A stretch of DNA of 33,364 nt, from assembly GCA_001642005.1 (NCBI GenBank), contig LWCA01000292.1, forward strand, positions 1-33,364. The letters run 5' to 3'. Below, piece after piece: positions 12,858 to 24,807 of the stretch. A model generated the notes under the pieces. The model ran no database searches. It was not told the origin of the DNA and was given only the letters and a program-made list of their open reading frames with translations. The translations under genes were made by a program, and so were the position numbers. This stretch comes from Intoshia linei. Taxonomy: Eukaryota; Animalia; Orthonectida. Every line of letters begins with the position of its first letter. The stretch's first letter is position 1.

Positions 12858-14412
12858 ATGTATAAATCTCAAATGTACGATGATACGGCCGATTATTTGA
12901 ACAATCTATTACGAAAACATAACTTACCAATTCCAAAATATGGAATAATTTGCGGTAGTGGTCTCGGTAAAATTGCGGATAAAATTGGAACTGTTTTCGA
13001 AATTGAATATTCAGATATTCCTAATTTTCCTATGACCACAGGTAGATAGGAAATTAACAATATTATATATATTATAATATTTTAGTCATTGGTCATGCGG
13101 GTAAATTAGCATTTTGTTTACAGGATGGTAACAGCATTGTCATAATGAAGGGCCGATTTCATTGCTATGAAGGCCATTCTCCACAAAGTGTATCTATTTA
13201 GATTAAGGGATTTAGAACATAGGGCACAACAATAACACATTCAGTTATATGTTAATATTGTTTGAGAACGGGAATTCAGTAGGAATACCATGTTTTCATT
13301 ATTTTGAAAAAAAAATTTCTTTAATTTGGACATTAAATGTATTTATTTCATTTTAATCCAAGTTTTGATATCCTACTCGATTATTATTTCTCTCTCTGAA
13401 AAAACACAAAATATCAAAATTTTTAAGTCATATTAATCTTTACACGGCACCGTCTTGGAGACATACAAATTGTTTTTAATTTTTGGGGGAATGAGAATTT
13501 AAGAAACCATAAAATTGGACTTCAGCTGTGACCGATATTACTTGCAAACAATTTTGGTGTTGAAATTATCTTTTAATATAAACAATTTAAAAATGATTTA
13601 GATAGCATTTGTCATAAGAATATTAAAATTATTGGGAGTGCATTTATTATTAATTACCAATGCATCAGGTGCTCTAAATCCTGATTATGAAATAGGAGAT
13701 ATCATTATAATTAAAGATCAAATCTGTCTACCAGGATTAGCTGGAATTCATCCACTATCAGGATATAATGACCCTAGGTACAGTCTATATTGAAATAATT
13801 TATTATTACTAAACATTTTAGATTTGGACCCAGATTTCCTCCAATGTCAAATGCATTTGATAAATCACTGCAAAATTTGGCAATGATTGAATTGGAAAAT
13901 TTAAAAATTCGATACAATTCTGGAGTGTACATAATGGTGCATGGACCAACTTTGGAATCAGTTACTGAGGCCAATTATTTAAGAATGATCGGGGGAGATG
14001 TCGTGGGTTGTTTTTGATTAATTAGTTTAATAGTCTTTTAGGTATGAGCACTGCGATGGAGATAATATCTGCGCATCATTGTGGAATTAAAGTAAATGAT
14101 TTATTCATAAAACAAGTATACCATACAGTTTTGGTTTGAATCGACTTGAATAGAGATGATGAATTTTATTTGGGTTGTTTCCAACTTTTTTATATGTCGA
14201 CTGAATAAATAACATTTTACTTGTTTTTTTAAATTTGATTATATATATAGACTTTAACGTTGGCATTGATTACTAACAAAGTCGTAAAGAACAGTACCAC
14301 TAATGAATTTGTATCCCATGAAAAAGTTCTTAAAAGTTCGATGGAATATTCAAACACTTTTGTAAATGTTTTGTATGCAATTTTAAATGAAATTGTAATT
14401 AATAAACACTAA
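12858..14412 (+). CDS. PNP: Purine nucleoside phosphorylase, trimeric mammalian type (about 286 aa, 6 exons)
   Basis: Exons 12858-13041, 13086-13189, 13602-13777, 13822-14006, 14042-14091, 14251-14412 (861 nt). Motifs GIICGSGLG, GHAG, KGRFHCYEG, TNASG, RFGPRFPPMSNAFD, GPTLES, GMST, LITNK and SHE are all intact. Confidence 0.95.
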
Positions 14413-14870
14413 TTAAAATTATTATTACACATTTAAATATATTTAAAATAATCATTAAAAATTATAAGCATATTAACCTACATATATAAATAAAATAATC
14501 TCTAATTTGGGGGCAAATGTCAGCGGAAGTAGCAAACACTTTCTAATAGGCCAACTCCATCACAGTAAAACTTGGCTATGAACATAAAACCACATACTGG
14601 AATATCTTGACGTAGTAAAATAATGAGAACGATTTACAAAGTAGTTTGCATAATTAATAATTAATTAAGAACACTAATGTAATTAATCCGCGATTAAGAC
14701 ATTGAATGCTAGTTAATGACCTTAAACAAGTATAAATTTAAATAAAATGATATTCAGAGACCAGTGTTCCAAAATAGATAAAATACTTACCATTTTTGCA
14801 ATCCTTGCTATTGGATAGTAAACGCATTAGTCAGATAAACCTTTTAAAATTCATTCATTAAATATATAAA

Positions 14871-17800
14871 ATGAAGTATAAATATCTGGAATGGAGAAAT
14901 AAAAAGATTCATCTTATTTGTTTTTCAATGTTAATCATGATAGCGTTAGCTGACGAACCCAAACCCAACAAAACACTCTCATACAATGTTGCTAAAGTTA
15001 ACCAGTTTATTTATTTTTAAATTTCAATGTTTAGTCTGTAATCAATGAATACGTCATCTTTTCATGCAATTTCGACTTGTCCTTTTGTGGAATTATATTC
15101 AATTTCAATAGATCATCATCAAATTCTTGGGTTAGAAACCAAAAAAAGGATCATGTTCACAACTTTGATGATCATCACGAGCATTTAGGTTTGATTTATA
15201 AACTATATTTTAATAACGTAAAAATAGATGCTAAAACATATGGTGGATACCTATTTCATTCATTGCGACATCATCATTCGAGAGAACCTGCGATAGCCAC
15301 CATTAATATGAAAAAATTCTTCAAACAAAACGATTTTATTGACTATCACTTTTATTATAAATTTTCTGCATGGATTCAACTCAATAATGGGGACAACAAA
15401 ATATACATTGAATTTATAATTTCTATTCATGGTGTAGATTACACTGCTTATAAGACTGGTTTAATTTGAATCCATTTCACTGCAATTTTATTATAATTTA
15501 GTCAAAAACACTATAGATTGGCAATTGGTTACATTTGATTTACCCGTATATGCAGACAGCGTCAAAATTTTGGCAAACAAAAAAAATAACGAATGCACCA
15601 ATTATGGAAATGTGGCAATAGATGATATAGAAATTAAAAAATTACGTAACTTAACAATAGTAATTTCAATTCATTTTACCTTTAGACGGTAGCAAAATAT
15701 CTAAACTTGAAAAATGTGATTATATCTCATTAGATAAGCAGTTGCATGCTTATTTGCATAAAATTAGCCAATGCCACAATGAATCTGTTACGAAATGTCA
15801 GTAAGAATTTTATAATTGATGAATAGTGTTATCGAGCATTTTCGATGTCGGTTACCCGCCTATCAAAACGACCAAATTTGAATTCTAAAACATTTTGTCA
15901 AAGCGTTGAAGCCGTTAAAACCTGTAACTAGGTCTTTAAATGTATTTTGAGACAACTATGGCACGTATCGTTGATTAGGGTGGTATATCCCCATGAACAG
16001 ATGTGTTACTACTAGTATTAGTACCAGTATTTATGGTTATATCACCAACAATATTAAAAATTGGTTTATTTTTGTAAAATACATTATTACAGTTTCCAAA
16101 TGTTGGCATTTTATCCCTAAACCTAGAAAACCGCTAAATTATTATTTTAAAAATCCCACTTTTATCCCACCATTAATAAAATTTAATAACATTTAATAAA
16201 AAATAAAAAATATTTCAAGCCCAATATGTAAAAACCTCCATCTTTAACAAAAAACCTTGTGAGAAAGCCTTTTAATCCAACCCTAAAATAATAAATCCAA
16301 TTCTACCAAACCTTATGTTTTAAGTTAAGTTAAAATTTTTTTTCCTACATTTTTTTGAAAACTTAGATTTTATCAAACCTTACGAGAATTAACTCTTAAT
16401 CCAACCACAAAATAAAAAACAAAAATTTTGGCAACCATGAAGGAAAAATCCCCTTTTTCGTGTGCTGAGTGCTAAAATTTAAAATTAGTGAAACTCATAA
16501 GCGTCATTGTATTCAGTTTACATTTTGCAAATTAGCAAATATATATTTAAAAAAATTTGTTGACACCCAGAAGATCTACCACCCTTGTTCATGATTCACT
16601 AACTCAGCTTACATCAATTAAAAATTATCAAAAAACAAATAATAACCAGAACCGAGCATATAAGCTCGAGGTCAGAAAAATAAACTTAAAATTTTCGAAA
16701 CGATGCGTAGTATCTAGCCTATCCAAGGATTTTGCCTTGACATTTTAAATTTAACACAGAAAATATTTATGATATTCAAGTATAAATGAGACCAGAAGAG
16801 GGGCACGGTAGATTCTACTCTAATAATAACTATCCATCTCTCAATTTGTTTCAATCGTCATTAATATTTTAATTAGAGATTGCGTAAAGTCTATGGGAGC
16901 CAGATTACAAAAGAAATTACTTAAAAATGTAGCTAATTGTGATGTTATTGTGCAAATGATTAACTACATAAATATTGACGAAACTGAAAAAAAAATTTGT
17001 CTTGGAACAGGTCAGTTTAAAAATAAAAAAGTTTCATTTTAAATATACATAATTGAAATTTTAGTCAATTGCAAAAGCTTACTAGACAAGGTAGAACATT
17101 GCTTTACGGAAGATTATATAAATGGCAGCATTATGAAAAAATTTCAAAATGAAACCCTAGCATACAGTCAAAAATATTCATCTTTCAATCAAATATTAAT
17201 TGGCATATTAAATCAAAATATTTGTGATTATAGGTAAATTTGTCATCTGTTTTATAAATACCATGTATCACTTATTAGACATTAAAATGAATAGTAAATA
17301 TAACGATGTAAAGGTCGAATAAACCCGATAAATATCGCAAGATAAAATACAAACTAAGCTTTAACTTATATTTAGTTTATTTTACTACTTTACGAATTTT
17401 ATTATGAATTATTCGTGGAACGGTTTTTTAAACTGTGAATTATTTTTTTATAAGTATAATGAATTCTTAGAGTACAAAACAAATTCAAAGAATGCAAACT
17501 TATGAAAAATTTGGAAGCATACAATAAATACTGTACGACCGAATACAAAGATTTGGCTCCAACTGTAATAACAGCATATCAAACAAAATTGGAAAATTGC
17601 AGATATAATTGTAATTTGAAAATGTTTTTTATTTAAAAAATATAATTAACATTAGATTGTCAGAACCTTTACATGCACAAGAACAAAATGATGGAGAAAA
17701 AGGACGCATATTGGAAAAGAACATGCATATATTACGAGGAATTAATTCCGAGTGCAATAATGAATATATTAAAAATAAAATCAAAAGATCACAGAAAATA

Positions 17801-18115
17801 TTACGATACGCGAAAAATGTGCAAGTAAACATTTTGAAAATACAAGATATATAAAATAAAATAAAAATAGAAAACTTGCGACACATTTAGATTGTCAAAA
17901 AACTATTTTCAATGATCGTAAATGTCCAACTCATGAAATTGTCAAAATATTGACGACAAAGCATTTGTTTTACGATACAGCCATCAAAAAATGCCAAGAA
18001 TATGGACACATAGAAAATAGTTCAATGTCACGTTTAGGTTTACTAATATAATAAAGGTTTATAATTAAATTTAGAATATCAAGCAGTCATTTTGCTTTTT
18101 CTAATTTTAATTTAA
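14871..18115 (+). CDS. Secreted, probably GPI-anchored protein: MAM domain plus three Cys-spaced helical modules (about 530 aa, 11 exons)
   Basis: Exons 14871-14996, 15035-15188, 15228-15458, 15502-15645, 15686-15800, 16877-17010 (acceptor uncertain; 16812 also in phase), 17065-17233, 17471-17610, 17656-17824, 17871-18037, 18075-18115. Signal peptide ...LICFSMLIMIALA-DE. MAM motifs SCNFDLSFCG, SWVR, DH, GGYL, DWQLV, GNVAIDDIEI. C-terminus NSSMSRLEYQAVILLFLILI*. AATAAA at 18144. Confidence 0.75.
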
Positions 18116-18158
18116 TAGATTTAATGATAATCTTAATGTACAAAATAAACGTTTTACA

Positions 18159-20668
18159 CTATACATTTAAATTTACAAGTTTTTCACGAGTGTTTGAAAG
18201 TTTTTTTATTAAAGAATCAATCGCCACTTGTTGAGTTTTTATCATCTAAAAAATATTCAATTATATAAAAAACATTAAAATACATTAACAATTTGGTTCA
18301 TTTGTTTTGTTTTGTCGTTCTCGTCTATATCACTTTCAACGTCATTGCATCTTTCTATTATATTCGTTTCGTGTAAAGATTTTTTGATAAATTTTATTTT
18401 ATCCTAAAAATAATGTAATGCAGTTTTCATAATTTTTATAATCTGCAAATTATAATCTGAATTACTCATCTTGTAAATGTTCCTCAATTCCAATGATGGG
18501 GAAAGTGCGGCCTTAAGGCCCCATGCGACCTTTTGAACAATTTGAATTATTTTTAAAATATTCATTTTAATAAAATTGGATTTTTCAGAAAAATATTGGT
18601 AGAAGCTGGTTTTTTCCTTAATAGTTGATAAAATTACGTTTTTTCTTTTGCGATCGATAGAGGGATTTTTTTCTTTAACAGTTGGTAAAATTTTGATTTT
18701 TTCTCGTAAGAATTTATTAAATTGAATAAAATATGGTAACAATGTATCATTCCCCCCAATACTCTAACATTTTCGTATTCACCCCCATGAGAAGCACTGT
18801 TAAATTAAATGATTAATTATGCGCATCTTTCTAAATAAAAGTTAAACTTTTTTAAACAATAAATGCTTCCTTAACTCTGATTTATTCTATTCGACATGTA
18901 GAGAAAACTCACCATAAAAATACAAACAAAACATGAAATTTAAATTAAATTTACCTGTAATATTTCATTTTTTAAAGAACTTTTCACATTTTCTAGAGTT
19001 TTGTACAATGAATCTTCTAGTTTAATGAACGGCATTCCTTTTTTATAAGATACGTAAAAATCACAACATGCCTAATTTAATATAATAAAGATATTTTAGA
19101 TTTGAACCTTTAATAATCTAGAACCTAGAGTATTTACAGTTAGTCTTTGTTCAGCTAAAGTAGTTTTTATGTTGTTCATTCTGATTTTGGTATTTGAAAT
19201 TTTTTCGTTTATCCGCTAAAATAATATTATTATTATTTTATTTTTATTGTTTTTACCTAAAACAATATTTTACTTTTATACGTACATTTTGAATGTGTGA
19301 CAGGAACACTAATCCGACTACCAAAAAACTGAAACCTGGAAATTAAAAAAAATCTTAAATTCTAATAGGTTTTCAAGTCCGCGAAATTTGCATAAAAATG
19401 TATTTTATCCCCAAAATAAAAACTTGTGCCAAATTAATTAATTAATATACGAAAGCCATTTAAACTTTGACAAAAAATGGAATCTTCCAGATTGAACTAA
19501 AAGTACCTTAACAGATTCATTAAATCTTTTGGTATTTTCTCTTTGGGTATTGACTCTATTTGTTAATTCGTCAATTCCACAAAACACAATAGGAAGCAAA
19601 ATATACGAATTAGGGTTTCTATCTATCCATTGCTTCCATATTCTACTATCAACACCTAAACTAAACTATTTCCAAAAAAGGTTGAAATTACCTAATAATG
19701 GAGTCTCAAGGTAAGCTTTAATGTCAAATTTTTGTCTAATATACATGGCGGAAACAGATAAATCGGATTTTAAAGAAGAGTTGACATCATTTATTCCTAA
19801 AATTTGAAGAAATTGATTCCCGGGTATATTCTTTGTTTTTTTATTGACATCAAACAAAATTGCTGAAATGGCAATTTCACACCTTAAAATTAGTTTTAAA
19901 TTCAATTTATAATATAAACATTACTGATTTTCGTTAATCTTTTCATTCCAAATAATTTTAATTTGAATAGTTTTTACGACGTTTTGACAAAGTTGGTTAA
20001 GTCTTTCTAGAAAAACGGTTCTAATTTCTTCACATTTCTCTTTCGTTTGATCTACAACGAGACAAATGATGTCTTCTTCGTCTTTAAATTTTGGTATGGA
20101 ACAATAACCGACTCCCTAAAAGGTGAATAATACATTGTTAATTAAAAATTACTTTAAGCCGACAAAATTCGTTATCGGGTAAAACGTGTACAAAATGCAT
20201 TTGAGAATCATAATACAATTTACCCCACCCAATTGCCGCCTGCAACTGATTCCATCTAACAATAATTTCATCACGCCAGTCTTTAAATAAAACTTTGTTA
20301 AACAGTACATCGTAAATTTGACATTTCAGTCGTTCTTCAGCAGTGTTATCTACTTGAGTTTTATCGGTTTTCAATGGGTTTGATAAACTAAACGGTTTCG
20401 TTGTTAAAGTATTTGTATCCTTTCCGAACCCACCAAACAAACTTGAAGTCGTTGTTTTAGGAGTAGTAAATAAATTTGATTTACCATCTCCAAATAGTCC
20501 TCCAGTTAAACCAAAAATTGATTTTTTTTCAGTCGGATTAGTTGCATTTCCAAATAAACTACTTGGCTTACTGGGCACTGCCGCCGAAAATAAGCTGGAC
20601 GATGTATTTCCAAATATACTAGATTTTGTTACTGCTCCAAATGGAGACGTTTTATTCGTACCAAACAT
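18159..20668 (-). CDS. NUP54: Nucleoporin p54 (about 490 aa, 8 exons)
   Basis: Exons 20668-20153, 20115-19925, 19882-19692, 19655-19507, 19215-19108, 19071-18955, 18403-18290, 18245-18159 (1473 nt). FG-rich N-terminus, then RDEIIVRWNQLQAAIGWGK, NEFCRLKGVGY, GVDSRIWKQWIDRNP..LPIVFCGIDELTNR and a coiled-coil C-terminus, as in Nup54. Confidence 0.92.
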
Positions 20669-20992
20669 GACACAATAAAATTATTCTTACTTTAAAAATT
20701 CAAGTTGAATTTAATTTTTAAAGTTTATTTTTAATATATTTTTTTAATTTCAATTAACTTTCTAGGTTCCATATTAAGATGTGCTACTTTAATCACTGGA
20801 TGATCCGGTTATATGAATTTTTTAATTAAAAACATATACTTTAATAATTGTCAATGCCAATACTCTATAGACTGCTTTGTTTGAATAGATTTCAATAAAT
20901 AATCGTCATTGGTTTCGGTGTTTTAATTCGAAAAATGAAATATTTATTTGCAGATTTGAAATAATTTTAAATTAGTCGTAATAATTTAAAAA
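20669..20992. promoter_or_regulatory. Probable bidirectional promoter between NUP54 and RPRD1
   Basis: Divergent start codons separated by only 324 bp. Inferred from geometry; no motifs assigned. Confidence 0.5.
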
Positions 20993-22465
20993 ATGACTTT
21001 TAATAAAGAAAATTTTGAGCATCGGTTAAAAGGATTGACAAGGTCTCAGGGAAGTATTGAAACTTTATCCCTTTGGATGATTCATTATCGAAGCAGCGCT
21101 CAGGATGCTGTTGATATTTGGCTGCAGCAATTTAAATCTGGTTCAAATAATGCTTTATACGTAATAATGTATATTTTAGTGAATGAAACTAAGAAGCTGA
21201 ATCTTTTATATTTGGCAAATGATGTAATACAAAATGGTAGAAAATTTGGAAATGAATACATTCAAAAATTTAAACAAGTTTTTCCGACTGTTTTCAAAAT
21301 TTGTCAAAAGTAAAATTTAATGTATCAAAATTATCATTTTTAGTTTTAATAAAAATAACAAGGATAATATAAATAGTGTGTTGCAAGTTTGGAAGGAAAG
21401 AAAAATTTTTGATTTGGAATTTATCAAAAAATTGAATTGTACTTTTTTTTCTATTTTTCTTTTACGTCTTTAGCTTCATTTGGAAGAACTGTAAAGGAAG
21501 AATCTTCTAACGGATTCAATAATCATTACAATGGAAAAGATGTTAATACACACGTAATGTTACATTATTATTTTTAAAAAATGGTATCGGCAAAGATGAT
21601 TTATATGTTTTTCAGTTGTTTTTGTAAATTGTCTCAACAATGTTTTAGATCAGTAATTCACAACACTCACCACATTCTACGAAAAAAATAACTTTAATTT
21701 TAATTTGCTCATTGAAAATAAATAATTTTAGATTAATTCAACTAAGTGAAGTTTAATAAACCTTTAAACCTAAGTTTAGACCATGTATACTTTAAAATTG
21801 TTAACATTAATTTATTTTTAAGAAATAGATTACCCAAATAAAATAGGTTCACTTGCGTATCATTAAAATCTACAAGCATTGTTTAATCAACATTAAGTCA
21901 ACGCGTTATATATTTCATATATAAAGTATATTTTTTAGATAACTACCGATAAATTTGTTGAGATGCTGGCACAGTTTAAATATACACCTTCCTGTGATCC
22001 TACCATACGAATTAAAGTATCTCAATTAGATAAAAGAATTACGGATATCAGCTATATTAAAAATATTAAAGGTAAATTTAAATGTATAGTGTTCATTCTA
22101 TTTAGATATAAACGAATTAAAAAAATTACAAGAAACTCTTGTGGAAACTACCAAATTATTGGCAGAATACAATAGTTCACTTTATGACGAATGCATGACT
22201 CGATCTAAATTTGAAAATGATGTGTGCAATTTAGTTAAACAATATAAAAATAAAATGAAACAAAATACAAGTCACTTAAAAGTATATTTTGCGTTTACTG
22301 TTTTTATTTTTATCCTAGATTATTGAAAAACGTATGGAAGAGTTGCAAAAATTACGAAACCACACCAAAAAATATCTAACTTGTTTACCAGATTTTTCTA
22401 CCATTGAAAATCATACTTCCAGTGAATATTCAATATTACCTTCTGTAAAAGATTTGTTTTCTTAA
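20993..22465 (+). CDS. RPRD1B: RPRD1A/B (CREPT)-like CID-domain protein (about 302 aa, 7 exons)
   Basis: Exons 20993-21140, 21180-21309, 21344-21438, 21474-21553, 21939-22071, 22106-22281, 22319-22465 (909 nt). CID motifs SQGSIETLSLWMIHY, KLNLLYLANDVIQN, VWKERKIF; CREPT region LLAEYNSSLYDE; C-terminal LPSVKDLFS. Confidence 0.9.
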
Positions 22466-24807
22466 TTAAAATTTTTTTGTATTGTGAAAGTTATGATCAA
22501 AATGTCATGGGTAGATTCATTCTATAATGCCCAACTTGTATTCAACACCGGGCCCGACAAAATTTTCATATATTCGGCCTCATTTTTCCTTATCTAAAAA
22601 AGGAGACAGAAAAACACAAAAGAGGTATAATACTTTTTTACCCTGGTAGACATATATTTATTCTTAACGAAGGGTTATTCTAAAAGTCGTTAGCATTTCA
22701 TTTTGTATATTAATCATTTGTAAGGATTCCTTACTTATTGAAAATATAATCAATAAATCCCATTCCATTTTCTACAATATTGGTGTCAATTAAATAATTA
22801 TTATGATTAGTTATGACGTTAAATTTGTATTTGAAACTATTCTCAAATTTAAATTACAAATGTACTGTCAACTGTCATTAATCCGAAAATCTTTTAACCT
22901 GCACTAGGTCATATCATCCATCATTTTCATCTCACCCTCTGTTAAGAATGAATATTATTCTAAAAATCCATTAAACCCTAATTGTCTATCCGTGTTTGTC
23001 AAAAATAGTAATTTTAAAATACATAGGTGAGTAATACATTCAATCATTATACATATTAGGGCAACGTATATTAACCGGGGATGCTAGCACCCTAGGGTGC
23101 TATCATTAATTTAAGGAGGTGAATATAAAGTTAAAAAGTATGCATGTAAAACAAAAAATTTGAAATAATTAATATACATATGTAATTTCGAATTTAAAAA
23201 TACTATTTAAAATGAATTAACAAAGTTTATAATTGTTCAAGGCGTGGAGAGCCAACAGTTGTCCCGGGCAGATGGAAATTGTAGGCTCCATATAATTATT
23301 TTTAAATATTGAACGTTTATACACTGTTTAATCGATAATTATCGATTACACGTATAATTTATTTTTATCATTATAATGAATAAAATTATTCATTATCTAA
23401 AAATCAAAAATAACCGTTTGAAATCGCATTAGTTATCGAAATTTTGGTATACTTGAAAAATCTTTCAACGTCACGTATTAAATTAAAAAAGTAGGCCATA
23501 TGACCCCTAGTCCCTTTCAACTGCTTTATTTTATAGTTCCTTTGTCTCTAATAAAACCTAGATATGATAAACTTATTTCCGATAAACCACCACAAAAATT
23601 TCATTAAATCCCTTTGGATTCTTACATTTGATTTGTTATGATGCATTGTCTTGTTGTTTTTGTGTATTTGAGAAAAATGTTGCTTTAATTGTGAAATAAC
23701 ATACACAGGTAATTTAAATCTTATCAAATACAGCTTATATGGTCATTTTTACCATTAATATTTTTATGGATCACGTTCAATATCAATAGGGTGGTTTTTA
23801 AAAAATTTAAAAATACCAATAAAATATGATTTTTACGTTGAATTTAAAGTATTTTAATTTTGACATGGATGCTGGAAATAATCTGCACCTGGCTAACGAG
23901 GATGCTAACTTTAATTAAGGTTAAAAAACACTGAAATGCCAATGCATGTGTATTACACATACATAATTATGACATTTCATAAAGGCACTTTTTTGAAAAT
24001 ATATATCACAGTATGGCCATTATTGGTGATTCTGAATGAGTACTAAAATATTAGACCGTAGTTTTGAAATTGTGTGGATATCTAAAATATCAAATTATCT
24101 TTTTTGGGTAATTTTAGTTTATTTTTTAAAACTTTTGTCATTTTTAATACTAAAATAACTCTTAAGTCCAGAAATTTCAAAATAAGCAATAAACATTAAA
24201 CAATACAATTAAAGTATGACTTTTTCTGATCAATTAAATAATCCTGAATATGAGTCTGATATAAAATTAATTGAAAAAAATATCTGGTATATTATCATGG
24301 GAATAAATATTTGATCTGCAATGTTACAGATTCTGCATGCAATAAATTTACACTGATATATGGTTTTTATTAAAACACTCATAATAGAAACAAAATTAAT
24401 ATTCTCATATGAACCAATGAAAATCAAGAATTCTTCTCACTAAATTATAAATAAGAGTTATAGAATTGTAAGATAGTCTTTGAATAATTATAAATATCGA
24501 GCTACTGGATACAATCTAGTAAAAAAATCGATATAATTATGTAAGACACCCATTGTTGTTATAATCAGTTGCGCTAGAAAACACGTACTGGTTTTTAAAA
24601 CAGTAGTCTATTGCAGTTTCAACAAACATTATAACGACATTGTCTAGAAACCAACGTTTTCTAGTATCTTAGCAAAATTTATATAAAATCAAATAAATAA
24701 TATCTACGAATCGTTGACTACGAAATTTGATTTTGAAATAATGCACTACAAAGTTCATTTTTAAATACGCTCATTCTATCACGAGTTAATTTTCTATATT
24801 TTATTAT

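Noticed and set aside
14783-14791. ATACTTACC resembling the U1 snRNA 5' end
   Set aside because: No U1 stem-loops follow; it is the reverse complement of a splice-donor-like sequence.
17629-17886. ORFs 17629-17886 (-) and 17657-17854 (+)
   Set aside because: Antisense and wrong-frame overlaps of a MAM-gene exon, whose phase-consistent frame reads YCQNLYMHK...RKMCK.
18404-18742. 112-aa minus-strand ORF
   Set aside because: Lies in NUP54 intron 18404-18954. The flanking exons join in phase with continuous Nup54 similarity, and the interior looks like a repeat remnant.
22500-22960. Possible small minus-strand spliced gene after RPRD1
   Set aside because: Splice-like signals exist, but I could not assemble a convincing reading frame.
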